Below, in pieces: positions 33,622-42,323 of a DNA stretch of 64,000 nt. The translations under genes were made by a program, and so were the position numbers. How positions within the stretch are numbered: the stretch's first letter is position 1; each line of letters starts with the position of its first letter. The notes under the pieces are model-generated. The model was not told the origin of the DNA and made no database searches. It saw nothing but the letters and a program-made list of their open reading frames with translations. Source of the stretch: Paracoccaceae bacterium. GTDB taxonomy: Bacteria; Pseudomonadota; Alphaproteobacteria; Rhodobacterales; Rhodobacteraceae. Where the stretch lies: the NCBI GenBank assembly GCA_041621405.1, contig JBFKAV010000004.1:939-64938 (forward strand), written 5' to 3'.

Positions 33622-34932
33622 ATGAACGTTCACGCGTCCAACGTCACCGCTCCGCCGTCACCGCGTTCGCTGGAGGACCTCGGTCTGTCGATGGTGATGA
33701 TGCGCGACATCCTGCTCAAGTCGATGTTCCGCATGAACCTCGACCAGATCGCCGACATCGCGCGGGTCTGTGCGGTGTCGATCCCGATCGCGCAGGAGAT
33801 CGTCGATCTCGCCCGCAGCCAGAAGCTGGTGGAAGCCACCGGCTCGCTGCACGCCAACGCGGGCGGCGAGATGGGCTACCAGCTCTCCGATGCCGGCAAG
33901 GCGCGCGCGCTCGATGCGCTGGCCCAGTCCGAGTACTACGGCGCCCTGCCAGTGCCGCTCTCGGCCTACGAAGAGCAGATGAAGCGCCAGTCGATCCGCA
34001 ATATCCGGATCACCCGAGACGCGATGGTCGGCGCGATGAGCCACCTGATCCTGCCCGACGATCTCCTGAGCCACCTCGGCCCCGCGATCACCTCCGGCCG
34101 CTCGATCCTGTTCTACGGGCCGCCCGGGAACGGCAAGTCGTCGATCTCGCACGGCATCCGCGACGCCATCGGCGACCGCATCTACGTGCCTCGCGCGGTT
34201 GAGTACTCCGGACAGGTGATCTCGGTCTACGACCCGATCGTGCACACCAAGGCGGTCGAGCAGGTCGACGACGCCGGCGCGCTGCGCCGCGCGGGCAACC
34301 GCTTCGATGCCCGCTACGTGCTCTGCGACCGGCCTACCGTGATCACCGGCGGCGAGCTCTCGCTGTCGATGCTCGACCTCACCTACAACCCCACCGCACG
34401 GACCTACAACGCACCCTTGCAGATGAAGTCCTCGGGCGGGATCTTCATCGTCGACGACCTTGGCCGCCAGGACGAGCCGCCGCAGGCGCTGGTCAACCGC
34501 TGGATCGTGCCCCTGGAGATGAACTACGACATCCTGGCGCTGCAGTCGGGCGAGAAGTTCGTGGTGCCGTTCGACACGCTGGTGATCTTCTCAACCAACT
34601 TCCACCCCAACGAGATCTTCGACGGCGCCGCGCTCCGCCGGATCTTCTTCAAGATCAAGATCGACGGGCCGAACCAGGAGAACTTCCTGAAGATCTTCGC
34701 GATGGTAGCCCGCAACCGCGGCATGCCGCTCGACGAGAAGTCGCTCCTGCACCTGCTGAAGGTCAAGTATCCGACGATCAACCACATCTACGCGAACTAC
34801 CACCCGATCTTCCTGATCGACCAGATGATCTCGGTTTGCGAGTTCGAGGGCATCCCCTACCAGATGACGCCCGATCTGATCGACCGCGCCTGGGAGAACA
34901 TGTTCGTCCGCGACGAGCAGATCGCGCACTGA
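33622..34932 (+). CDS. uncharacterised AAA+ ATPase with N-terminal helical (wHTH-like) domain
   Basis: 436 aa. It has Walker A FYGPPGNGKSS, Walker B GGIFIVDDLGRQ and an arginine-finger-like AALRRIFFKI. The N-terminal 150 aa or so has no nucleotide-binding motif. Confidence 0.8.
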   Translation: MNVHASNVTAPPSPRSLEDLGLSMVMMRDILLKSMFRMNLDQIADIARVCAVSIPIAQEIVDLARSQKLVEATGSLHANAGGEMGYQLSDAGKARALDALAQSEYYGALPVPLSAYEEQMKRQSIRNIRITRDAMVGAMSHLILPDDLLSHLGPAITSGRSILFYGPPGNGKSSISHGIRDAIGDRIYVPRAVEYSGQVISVYDPIVHTKAVEQVDDAGALRRAGNRFDARYVLCDRPTVITGGELSLSMLDLTYNPTARTYNAPLQMKSSGGIFIVDDLGRQDEPPQALVNRWIVPLEMNYDILALQSGEKFVVPFDTLVIFSTNFHPNEIFDGAALRRIFFKIKIDGPNQENFLKIFAMVARNRGMPLDEKSLLHLLKVKYPTINHIYANYHPIFLIDQMISVCEFEGIPYQMTPDLIDRAWENMFVRDEQIAH

Positions 34933-34942
34933 CGCCGCAACG

Positions 34943-34964
34943 GGGCGGGCCCGGCGGCCCGCCC
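34943..34964. terminator. bidirectional GC hairpin between convergent genes
   Basis: A perfect 9-bp stem gggcgggcc-cggc-ggcccgccc lies between the AAA+ stop (34932) and the fadB-like stop (34965). There is no U tract. Confidence 0.45.
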
Positions 34965-37055
34965 TCAGGCGCCGAGGTCGGCGAATTTACGGCCGTTCTT
35001 GATCAGCTCGTCCCAGAGCGGCGCCGGACTCCAGAACCCCGGCTCCTGCGCCGCCCAGCGCCGCAGGTCGTCGCGCACCGCAAGCAGCCCGGCCTCGTCG
35101 GCCCATTGCATCGGCCCGCCCAGCCAGCGCGGGAAGCCGAAGCCGTGCACCATCACAACGTCCACGTCCGAGGGGCGCAGCGCGACGCCCTCGGCGAGGA
35201 GCCGCGCACCCTCGTTCGCCATCGCCGCGAAGGCTTTGCGCCGGATCTCTTCCGGCCCCACCTTGCGGGGCTGGATCCCCTTCTTCGCCTGTTCCTCTGC
35301 GAGGATCATCGCCACCACCGGGTCCGGCTGCCCTGGCCTGCCTGCCTCGTCATAACGGTAGTAGCCGCGCCCCGTCTTGCATCCCAATCGCCCCGCCTCG
35401 CTGAGCCGGTCGGCCAGCGCAACGTAGCGCAAGGCGGGGTTGCGGTCGGTCGTGAGGCGCGCGACGCGCGCCCAGGCGGTGTCGAGCCCCGCGAGGTCGG
35501 TCAGCTGGTATGGCCCGACGGCGAAGCCAGCCGCGCGCACCGCCGCGTCGATCTCCTGTACGCTCGCCCCGTCCTCCAGAAGGAAGTCCGCCGCCAGGCG
35601 GCAAGCGGCGTAGACCCGGTCGCCGATCAGGCCCTCCTCGGCGCCGCTCCGCACCGCGATCCTGCCGAGCCGCCGGGCCAGCGCGAAGGCGGTGACCACC
35701 GCCTCGGGCGCGGTCTGTCGCCCGACGGCGACCTCGAGCGCGCGCGCAGTCGGGCGGTGCGGGAAGACCTGCAGCCCGAGCCGCCGCGCCCCGCCCTGCG
35801 CCAGCAGCCGGGGCGCGAGATCCGCACTGGCTGTGGCAAGCACCGCCTCGGGCGCGATCGCCGCCTCCGCCTCCGCAAGGACCCGGCGTTTCAGCTCCAG
35901 GTCCTCGCCCACCGTCTCGATCACGACATCGCAGGAGGCAAGTGCCGCGAAGTCCTCCGCCGGGGTCAGCGCACCGAGCCGCCGCGCCGCGACGTCCTCG
36001 GAAAGCCGCCCGCTCTCCACCGCCGCAAGATAGGCTGCCTCGATCCGCGCCAACGCGGTCTCCCCCCTCGCCGCGTCGGGTTCGACGAGCACCACCGGCA
36101 AGCCGGCGTCGAGCATCGCCAGGGCGAGATCCAGCCCCGTCGCGCCGCCGCCCACCACGCCCACGCGGTCCACCGTGCGCGGCCGGGCCTCGGCCAGTTC
36201 GGGGATCTCCGCCGCGCGCCGCTCGGCCAGGTAGACGTGGCGCAGGGCGCGGCCCTCCGGCGTATCGCTGCATTCCTCGAGTGCCGTTCGCTCGTAGCGC
36301 AGCCCCTCGTCTACCGGCAGAAGCAGCGCAGACTCCACGCAGTCGACGATCCTTCGCTCTGCCGGATTCCGCCCGCCCTGCGCCGCGACCCGCCGCCGAG
36401 CCACTTCGGCCAGGTAGGCGGCCGGATCGGCAAGACCGTCGGTCAGCGCAAGCGTGGGGCGAACTCCGCCTCCCTCCTCGACCAAGTCCTCGGCGAGCGT
36501 GACCGCTGCCGCCTCGACGTCGCCCTGTAGCGTCGCGTCGATGAGGCCCGCCGCCTCGGCAGCATCCGCCCCAATCGGCCCGCCGGAGAGCAGCAGGTCC
36601 AGCGCCAGCGCCGCGCCGCAAAGCCGCGGCGCGCGCTGGGTGCCACCGGCGCCGGGAAGGAGCCCCAGCGTCACCGCCGGGAAACCCAGCTTCGCGGTCG
36701 CCGAGGACAGCCGCCAATGCGCGGCGAGCGCGAGTTCCAGCCCGCCGCCTCGAACCGCGCCGTCAAGACAGGCGACCACCGGCTTGCTCAAGGCCTCGAT
36801 CCGGTCGCAGAGCTCGCCCAGTGACGGCGCCCCGTCCTCCGCCCGAATCTCTACCGAATGTTCGCCCGATGCAAAGACCGACCCCGCCCCCTTCAGCACA
36901 ACGGCCCGGGTCTGGGGGTCGGACTCGAGGCGTTCGAAGGCGGCCTCCAACGCGGCCCTTACCGCGCCCGAGAGCGCATTGCGCGGCGGGTTGTCGATCG
37001 TCACCAGCGCCACGCGGCCCCGCCATTCCACGCGCACCAGGTCACTCACCGGCAT
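34965..37055 (-). CDS. bifunctional enoyl-CoA hydratase / 3-hydroxyacyl-CoA dehydrogenase (FadB/FadJ-like)
   Basis: 696 aa starting from ATG 37055 (MPVSDLVRVEWRGRVALVTIDNPP). It has an N-terminal crotonase fold, a central NAD-binding GVVGGGATG and a C-terminal 3HCDH domain. Confidence 0.9.
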   Translation of the reverse strand: MPVSDLVRVEWRGRVALVTIDNPPRNALSGAVRAALEAAFERLESDPQTRAVVLKGAGSVFASGEHSVEIRAEDGAPSLGELCDRIEALSKPVVACLDGAVRGGGLELALAAHWRLSSATAKLGFPAVTLGLLPGAGGTQRAPRLCGAALALDLLLSGGPIGADAAEAAGLIDATLQGDVEAAAVTLAEDLVEEGGGVRPTLALTDGLADPAAYLAEVARRRVAAQGGRNPAERRIVDCVESALLLPVDEGLRYERTALEECSDTPEGRALRHVYLAERRAAEIPELAEARPRTVDRVGVVGGGATGLDLALAMLDAGLPVVLVEPDAARGETALARIEAAYLAAVESGRLSEDVAARRLGALTPAEDFAALASCDVVIETVGEDLELKRRVLAEAEAAIAPEAVLATASADLAPRLLAQGGARRLGLQVFPHRPTARALEVAVGRQTAPEAVVTAFALARRLGRIAVRSGAEEGLIGDRVYAACRLAADFLLEDGASVQEIDAAVRAAGFAVGPYQLTDLAGLDTAWARVARLTTDRNPALRYVALADRLSEAGRLGCKTGRGYYRYDEAGRPGQPDPVVAMILAEEQAKKGIQPRKVGPEEIRRKAFAAMANEGARLLAEGVALRPSDVDVVMVHGFGFPRWLGGPMQWADEAGLLAVRDDLRRWAAQEPGFWSPAPLWDELIKNGRKFADLGA

Positions 37056-38091
37056 CCTCCCCCGCGTGCCCCGCCTCTCGGAGCGCCATCGCCGCAAGAA
37101 GCGGCACCGCCTCGCCGTAGCGCCGTCCCCGGTCCGGGTTCGGCCCCTGCCCGTCGGCGGCGCGGCGCGCCACGCCGGCAAGAATGGCGGCAAGCCGGAA
37201 AAAGGAAAAGACCATCGCGAAGCGCCAATCCTTCATCGCCGACTCGCCTGCACGCGCGACGTAGGCGGCGCAATAGGCGGCGTCGTCGGGGAGCCCCAGC
37301 GCCGCCCGGTCGAGCCCGTCGAGCCCCGGCATCACGGCTGCGTGCGGCAGCCGCCACTGCGCCACCTGGTAGGCGAGGTCCGCCACCGGCGGCCCCAGCG
37401 TCGAGAGCTCCCAGTCGACCAGGGCACGCACCTCGGCGGCCTCGGCGGCGAAGATCATGTTGTCGTGCCTGAAGTCGCCATGCAGCAGCCCTGCCTCGGG
37501 TTCCGCCTCGGGCAGATGCGCGGCAAGCCAGGCTTCGAGCCGCTCCATGTCGGGCAGGGGCTCGCTCACCGAGGCGCGGTAGGCTCGGGCCCAGAGCCCC
37601 GCCTGCCGGCTGAAGTAACCGCTGGGCCGGCCGAAATCGGCCAGCCCGACCGCTGCCGGATCGACCGCGTGGAGCGTGGCCAGGGTCTCGGCCATCGCGC
37701 GAAAGAGCGCGCCGCGCTCGTCCGGCCTGAGGCCAGGCATCGCGGGATCGTCGAACACCCGCCCCGGCACGAATCGCATCACGAAGAGGCCCCGGCCGAG
37801 CGGCGGTTCGTCGTCGCCCGCCACCGCCAGCACTTCCGGTACCGGCACGCCGGATCCCGCGAGCGCCGCCATCACGCGCGCCTCGCGCTCCACCTGATGC
37901 GCCTTCGGCAGAAGTTTGCCCGCGGGCTTGGCGCGCAGCACGTAGGTCCCGCTCGCGGCCTCGATCTGGAAGGTGGGATTCGATTGACCGGTCCCGAAGC
38001 GCCTCACCGCCTGCAGCCCCCGGAATCCCGGAACCCTTGCCTCCGCCCAGGCGCCGAGCGTCGCCCGGTCGATCCCGAGCCCCTCGATCAT
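37042..38091 (-). CDS. phosphotransferase family protein (APH/ChoK-like, acyl-CoA dehydrogenase-associated type)
   Basis: 349 aa. It has the GQSNPTF motif and catalytic loop LLHGDFRHDNMIF. It overlaps the downstream gene by 14 nt. Confidence 0.85.
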   Translation of the reverse strand: MIEGLGIDRATLGAWAEARVPGFRGLQAVRRFGTGQSNPTFQIEAASGTYVLRAKPAGKLLPKAHQVEREARVMAALAGSGVPVPEVLAVAGDDEPPLGRGLFVMRFVPGRVFDDPAMPGLRPDERGALFRAMAETLATLHAVDPAAVGLADFGRPSGYFSRQAGLWARAYRASVSEPLPDMERLEAWLAAHLPEAEPEAGLLHGDFRHDNMIFAAEAAEVRALVDWELSTLGPPVADLAYQVAQWRLPHAAVMPGLDGLDRAALGLPDDAAYCAAYVARAGESAMKDWRFAMVFSFFRLAAILAGVARRAADGQGPNPDRGRRYGEAVPLLAAMALREAGHAGEDAGE

Positions 38092-38119
38092 GCGCGCCGC
38101 CGGGCGGCCCGGCGGGCCT

Positions 38120-38437
38120 CTATTGGGCGCAGTTGCGGCAGAACGGCGTGGCTGGAACCACGTCGAGCCGCTCCTTCGAGATCTTCTCGCCGCATTTCAC
38201 GCAATAGCCGTATTCCCCCGCCTCGATCCGGTCGAGCGCCGCCCGGATCATGCCGATCTCGTGCGCTCCGGCCTCGCCCATGCTCTCCAGGACCTCGTCG
38301 TCCTCGGCCTCGATCGCGGCCTCTTCCCAATCCTTGTCCGCCGGCTGCTCGAGCTCCGACTCGATCGTCTGCAGCCGCCCCTCCAGCTCGGCGAGCCGCG
38401 TCTCGAGTGTCTTCTTGCGGTCCTTCACGGAAACCAT
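38120..38437 (-). CDS. TraR/DksA family C4 zinc-finger protein
   Basis: 105 aa starting from ATG 38437 (MVSVKDRKK...). It has a coiled-coil N-terminal half and the C-terminal zinc finger CVKCGEKISKERLDVVPATPFCRNC. Confidence 0.8.
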   Translation of the reverse strand: MVSVKDRKKTLETRLAELEGRLQTIESELEQPADKDWEEAAIEAEDDEVLESMGEAGAHEIGMIRAALDRIEAGEYGYCVKCGEKISKERLDVVPATPFCRNCAQ

Positions 38438-38525
38438 GCACTTTTCTCCCTGAATCCGGCGGAATCCTTTACTGCCACGCTCGCCTCTCCTTTGATGGAG
38501 GTCAAGCACTGGCAATCGTCGCCCC

Positions 38526-38554
38526 TTGAACATATACGCAAAATTGCATATGAT
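38526..38554 (+). promoter_or_regulatory. near-consensus sigma70 promoter overlapped by an inverted repeat (candidate operator) upstream of the MBL/YeeE/DUF442 operon
   Basis: The promoter is TTGAAC (38526-31)-N17-TATGAT (38549-54). The inverted repeat CATAT-N12-ATATG (38531-38552) fills the spacer. The patch is AT-rich in a GC-rich genome, and the gene ATG is at 38583. Confidence 0.45.
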
Positions 38555-38582
38555 CTTCACTTGCCTGCGGCAGGAGAGCGCC

Positions 38583-39446
38583 ATGTCACCCGAAGTTACC
38601 GCCTTCTTCGACGAAGCTACCAACACCGTCTCCTACGTGGTCCGCGACCCGGCCGGGCGGAAGACCGCGATCGTCGACAGCGTGCTCGATTTCGATCACG
38701 CCTCGGGCCGCACATCGACCGCCTCGGCCGACGCGATCCTCGACTTCGTGAACGAGAACGGGCTCGAGGTGGAGTGGCTGCTCGAAACCCACGTTCACGC
38801 CGATCACCTCTCTGCCGCCCCCTATCTCCAGGAGAAGCTCGGCGGAAAGATCGGCATCGGCGAGAAGATCACCGTAGTGCAGAACGTTTTCGGCAAGATC
38901 TTCAACGAGGGAACCGAGTTCCAGCGCGACGGCAGCCAGTTCGACCGCTTGTTCGTCGATGGCGACAGTTTCCACGTCGGCCAGATGCGCGGCGACGTGA
39001 TGCACACGCCCGGACACACGCCGGCCTGCCTGACCTACGTCGTCGGCGACGCCGCGTTCGTCGGCGACACGCTGTTCATGCCCGATTTCGGCACCGCCCG
39101 CTGCGACTTCCCCGGCGGCTCGGCCGAGATGATGTGGGATAGCGTGCAACGGATCCTTGCGCTTCCCGACGCAACGCGCATCTTCACCTGCCACGACTAC
39201 AAGGCCGAGGGCCGCGACCACTTTGCCTGGGAATCGACCGTGGGCGAGCAGAAGGCCAGGAACGTCCACGTCGGCGCCGGCCACAGCAAAGAGGAGTTCG
39301 TGGGCAGGCGAAACGCGCGCGACGCCACGCTCGGGATGCCGAAGCTGATCCTGCCCTCCTTGCAGGTGAACATGCGCGCGGGGCGTTTCCCCGCGCCGGA
39401 AGACAACGGGGTCTCCTACCTCAAGACTCCACTCAACACGCTATAG
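38583..39446 (+). CDS. MBL-fold metallo-hydrolase, persulfide dioxygenase-like (Blh/ETHE1-type)
   Basis: 287 aa starting from ATG 38583. It has the metal motif THVHADH, a downstream HTPGHT and CHDY. It neighbours sulfur-transport-like genes. Confidence 0.85.
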   Translation: MSPEVTAFFDEATNTVSYVVRDPAGRKTAIVDSVLDFDHASGRTSTASADAILDFVNENGLEVEWLLETHVHADHLSAAPYLQEKLGGKIGIGEKITVVQNVFGKIFNEGTEFQRDGSQFDRLFVDGDSFHVGQMRGDVMHTPGHTPACLTYVVGDAAFVGDTLFMPDFGTARCDFPGGSAEMMWDSVQRILALPDATRIFTCHDYKAEGRDHFAWESTVGEQKARNVHVGAGHSKEEFVGRRNARDATLGMPKLILPSLQVNMRAGRFPAPEDNGVSYLKTPLNTL

Positions 39447-39458
39447 GGAAACGCGAAG

Positions 39459-39887
39459 ATGATTGAACAGGACTGGATCATGGGCGCCCTTGGCGGCCTC
39501 ATGATCGGCGGCGCGGCGGCGCTCTATCTGCTCGCCAACGGCCGCATCATGGGCGCCTCGGGCATCCTCGGGGGCCTCGTCGACGGCTCGGGCAAGGACA
39601 GCTGGCTCGAGCGGGTGGCGTTCCTCGCGGGCGTCTTCCTGGTGCCGATCCTGATCGTGCCGATCTACCGCGAGGTCGACACCCATATCACCTCGAACCT
39701 CTGGGTGGTGATCGCCGCCGGGCTCCTGGTCGGCATCGGCACCCGAATCGCCAACGGCTGCACATCGGGCCACGGCGTCTGCGGCATCTCGCGGCTCTCG
39801 CCCCGGGGCATCGTCGCCACCGCCTACTATCTCGTCGCGGGCGCCGCCTCCGTCTACCTCTTCCGCCACCTTCTGGGAGTGATCTGA
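39459..39887 (+). CDS. YeeE/YedE family membrane protein (sulfur-compound transport-like)
   Basis: 142 aa with 4 TM segments. The conserved GCTSGHGVCG motif is present. Confidence 0.85.
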   Translation: MIEQDWIMGALGGLMIGGAAALYLLANGRIMGASGILGGLVDGSGKDSWLERVAFLAGVFLVPILIVPIYREVDTHITSNLWVVIAAGLLVGIGTRIANGCTSGHGVCGISRLSPRGIVATAYYLVAGAASVYLFRHLLGVI

Positions 39888-39888
39888 G

Positions 39889-40320
39889 ATGCGCGCGCTC
39901 TTCGCCTTCCTCTCCGGCGGCCTCTTCGGCGCGGGGCTCCTCGTCTCCGGTATGGTCGACACCCGCAAGGTTCAGGGCTGGCTCGACCTCTTCGGCGACT
40001 GGGATCCGACGCTCGCCTTCGTGCTCGGCGGAGCGGTCGTGCCGATGTTCTTCGTCTGGCGCCTGACCGAAGGCCGGCGGCCTGCGCTCGGCGGCTTCTT
40101 TCCGCCGAAGCCGCCGGTGAAGCTCGACCGGGGCCTGGCGATCGGCTCGATGCTGTTCGGCGCCGGCTGGGGGCTGGCAGGGCTCTGCCCCGGCCCGGCG
40201 ATCGCCTCGCTCAGCTTCGGCGGGCTCGGCGGGCTGGTGTTCTTCGCCGCGATGCTGGCGGGAATGCTGGTGGCGGTGCCGATCCGCGCCCGGCTTGAAG
40301 CCATGCCGCGCCCGGCCTAA
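39889..40320 (+). CDS. YeeE/YedE-like membrane protein, second half-size paralogue
   Basis: 143 aa with 4 TM segments. It contains GAGWGLAGLCPGPA. It starts 2 nt after the preceding stop. Confidence 0.85.
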   Translation: MRALFAFLSGGLFGAGLLVSGMVDTRKVQGWLDLFGDWDPTLAFVLGGAVVPMFFVWRLTEGRRPALGGFFPPKPPVKLDRGLAIGSMLFGAGWGLAGLCPGPAIASLSFGGLGGLVFFAAMLAGMLVAVPIRARLEAMPRPA

Positions 40321-40330
40321 GAAGGCGGCG

Positions 40331-40765
40331 ATGCTCGATATCCGCCAAATCTCGCCGGACTACGCCGTCTCGCCGCAGATCGACCCCGAGGATTTCCCGG
40401 CGATCAAGGCGGCCGGCTACGTCACGGTGATCAACAACCGCCCGGACGCCGAGATCCCGCCTAGCCATCAAGACGAGGTGATGCGCGGGGCGGCGGAGGC
40501 GGCCGGGCTAAGCTACGTCGCGATCCCGGTGGCGGGGCGAGAAATGACGATGGAGACGGTCGAGGCCCAGGCCGACGCGATGGCGGCCTCCGAAGGCCCG
40601 GTCCTGGCCTATTGCGCCTCGGGCACCCGCTGCACGATCGTCTGGTCGCTCGCTCAGGCGAGCCACATGGCGCCCGACGCGATCCTCGAGGCGGCGGCGC
40701 GAGCGGGATACCAGCTCGGCCACCTGCGCCCGCATCTGGAGGCCCTGGCCGCCGGGGCGCGCTGA
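40331..40765 (+). CDS. DUF442/TIGR01244-type sulfurtransferase-phosphatase-fold protein
   Basis: 144 aa starting from ATG 40331 (MLDIRQISPDYAVSPQI...). The active-site-like YCASGTRC is typical of this family, which forms the N-terminal domain of Blh. Confidence 0.85.
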   Translation: MLDIRQISPDYAVSPQIDPEDFPAIKAAGYVTVINNRPDAEIPPSHQDEVMRGAAEAAGLSYVAIPVAGREMTMETVEAQADAMAASEGPVLAYCASGTRCTIVWSLAQASHMAPDAILEAAARAGYQLGHLRPHLEALAAGAR

Positions 40766-41018
40766 CCCGAGCCGCGCCCCTCGTGATCCGCGAAGAACGC
40801 GGCTGGCACCCCCACCTTCGACCATGTCCGCCATGACGCTGGCTGTAGCGCCCGGCCGATCGGCCGGTCGCAGCCAACACAGCTTCCCTGGATCCTGAGC
40901 GTTCCAGCTGCATCCGGCGAGGCCCGCTGCGGCGGGACTGCCTCGCGCGCGCCACGATTGACGCACTCGGAATGTCGAAACGCCGAGGAGTCGCTGCGCC
41001 GGGCATCGGCCATCATCC

Positions 41019-42323
41019 TCACCCGTGCCTTGGCACGCCCGCATCGGCCCCGGTTCCGCGCGACCCGCCGGGCAGATGCGCGGAGGCGTCCGCGCCGGGA
41101 CGCCGCTCGGGCGAAAGCAGGTCAAGGCCCGGCAGGTCGTCCTCCGCAGATACTCCGAAACCGGTGATCGGCTTCGGCGCCGGGTCGTCGGACTCCGCCC
41201 TCGGATCGGGCGCGGCGCCGCGCACAGGTGACGCCGACGCCGCGGCGGTGAAGTCCACGCCGCCCCAGTCCGGCCCCGGCCTCAGCGTTCGCTCCAGTGG
41301 CTCCGGCCCGATCACCGCGCCTTCGGCGGCCGCGGATGACCCCACCCGTTGGCCGGTCTCGCGGATCTTCACGGCCCTGAGCCCGCCGGTCTGCCCGAGG
41401 CGGGCCTCGGCCACCACCGTGCGCCCCGCCGCCACCAGCCTGACGGCACCGAGCGCCGAGAGCGGCAGGGTGAGCCGGTCGCCCGGCGCCAGCGCCTCGA
41501 GTTCGGTCAGCGGCAGGCGCACCCGTCCGAGCACCGCGTCGAGCGTGGCCTCGGCGCTTTCTACCGCTTCGCCCAGCGCCGCCTGCCAGGCCGCCGCCGC
41601 CTCCGCCGCCGCGCTTTCGGCCGGGAGCGTCGCGGGCCGCACCGGGCGGCCTCGGCCGGTTGCCGGCAGCGCCAGGATCGCCTTTCCCTCCTTGGCCGCG
41701 GCGCCGAACAGGACCGTGCTCTCCAGTACCCGGTGGGTGGTGTCCTCCAGCACGACGGAGAGCGGCCGCGGCTCGGGCAGGAACAGCTGGTAGCGCCAGC
41801 CCGCGGCCCAGCGCGCATCCTCCGCCTCCAAGAGAGGCGCCTCGAACTCCGAAAGCAGACGGTCGATCAGGTCGGCCACCATCGCCGCGTCGGTCTTCGT
41901 CGGCCGGCGCGGCGCCGGCGGGCGGGCGCTGACCCGCCCCATCGTGCGCATCTCGATCACCGCCGCCAGCGCACCCGGGTCGAGCGCCAATAGCCCCGCA
42001 CCGTCCTCGGGCCCGATCAGGACGGCGAGGAAGGCGTGCTCGGGCAGGTCCTCGAGGATCTCCGCCGGCGTCGCTCGGCGCTCGTGCGGCTCGGCGGCGG
42101 TGACGGCGAGCGAAAGCTCCTCCTCCGCGGCCCGCAGGAACGCGTCGGCGAGTGCCTTGACCGGCGACGGCGGCCCTTTCGGATTGCCCGCCCCGGTGCG
42201 CCCCTGCTCGGCCTTGCGCCTCAGAATCGATGCTGTCCCGCCGTGCGCCATGTCTCTGCCGCCCTTCCCCCAAGGAAGTGCCCGAACAAGGTTGAGGAAG
42301 GGTTGACGAGCGGTCGGCGTCAC
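41019..42323 (-). CDS. FliM/FliN-like switch-domain protein with long low-complexity C-terminal tail
   Basis: The middle region resembles FliM (VIEMRTMGRVSARPPAPRRPTKTDAAMVADLIDRLL). A SpoA/FliN-like segment is present (LTELEALAPGDRLTLPL...VRLVAAGRTVVAEARLGQTGGLRAVKI). A P/A/G/D-rich tail of about 115 aa follows. The start is GTG 42323 (overlapping the kinase stop) or ATG 42251. Confidence 0.7.
   Translation of the reverse strand: MTPTARQPFLNLVRALPWGKGGRDMAHGGTASILRRKAEQGRTGAGNPKGPPSPVKALADAFLRAAEEELSLAVTAAEPHERRATPAEILEDLPEHAFLAVLIGPEDGAGLLALDPGALAAVIEMRTMGRVSARPPAPRRPTKTDAAMVADLIDRLLSEFEAPLLEAEDARWAAGWRYQLFLPEPRPLSVVLEDTTHRVLESTVLFGAAAKEGKAILALPATGRGRPVRPATLPAESAAAEAAAAWQAALGEAVESAEATLDAVLGRVRLPLTELEALAPGDRLTLPLSALGAVRLVAAGRTVVAEARLGQTGGLRAVKIRETGQRVGSSAAAEGAVIGPEPLERTLRPGPDWGGVDFTAAASASPVRGAAPDPRAESDDPAPKPITGFGVSAEDDLPGLDLLSPERRPGADASAHLPGGSRGTGADAGVPRHG

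Noticed and set aside
40766-41018. 253-bp convergent spacer after the DUF442 gene as a possible small-gene or sRNA locus
   Set aside because: I saw no ORF with coding bias and no clear hairpin or promoter, so evidence is insufficient.
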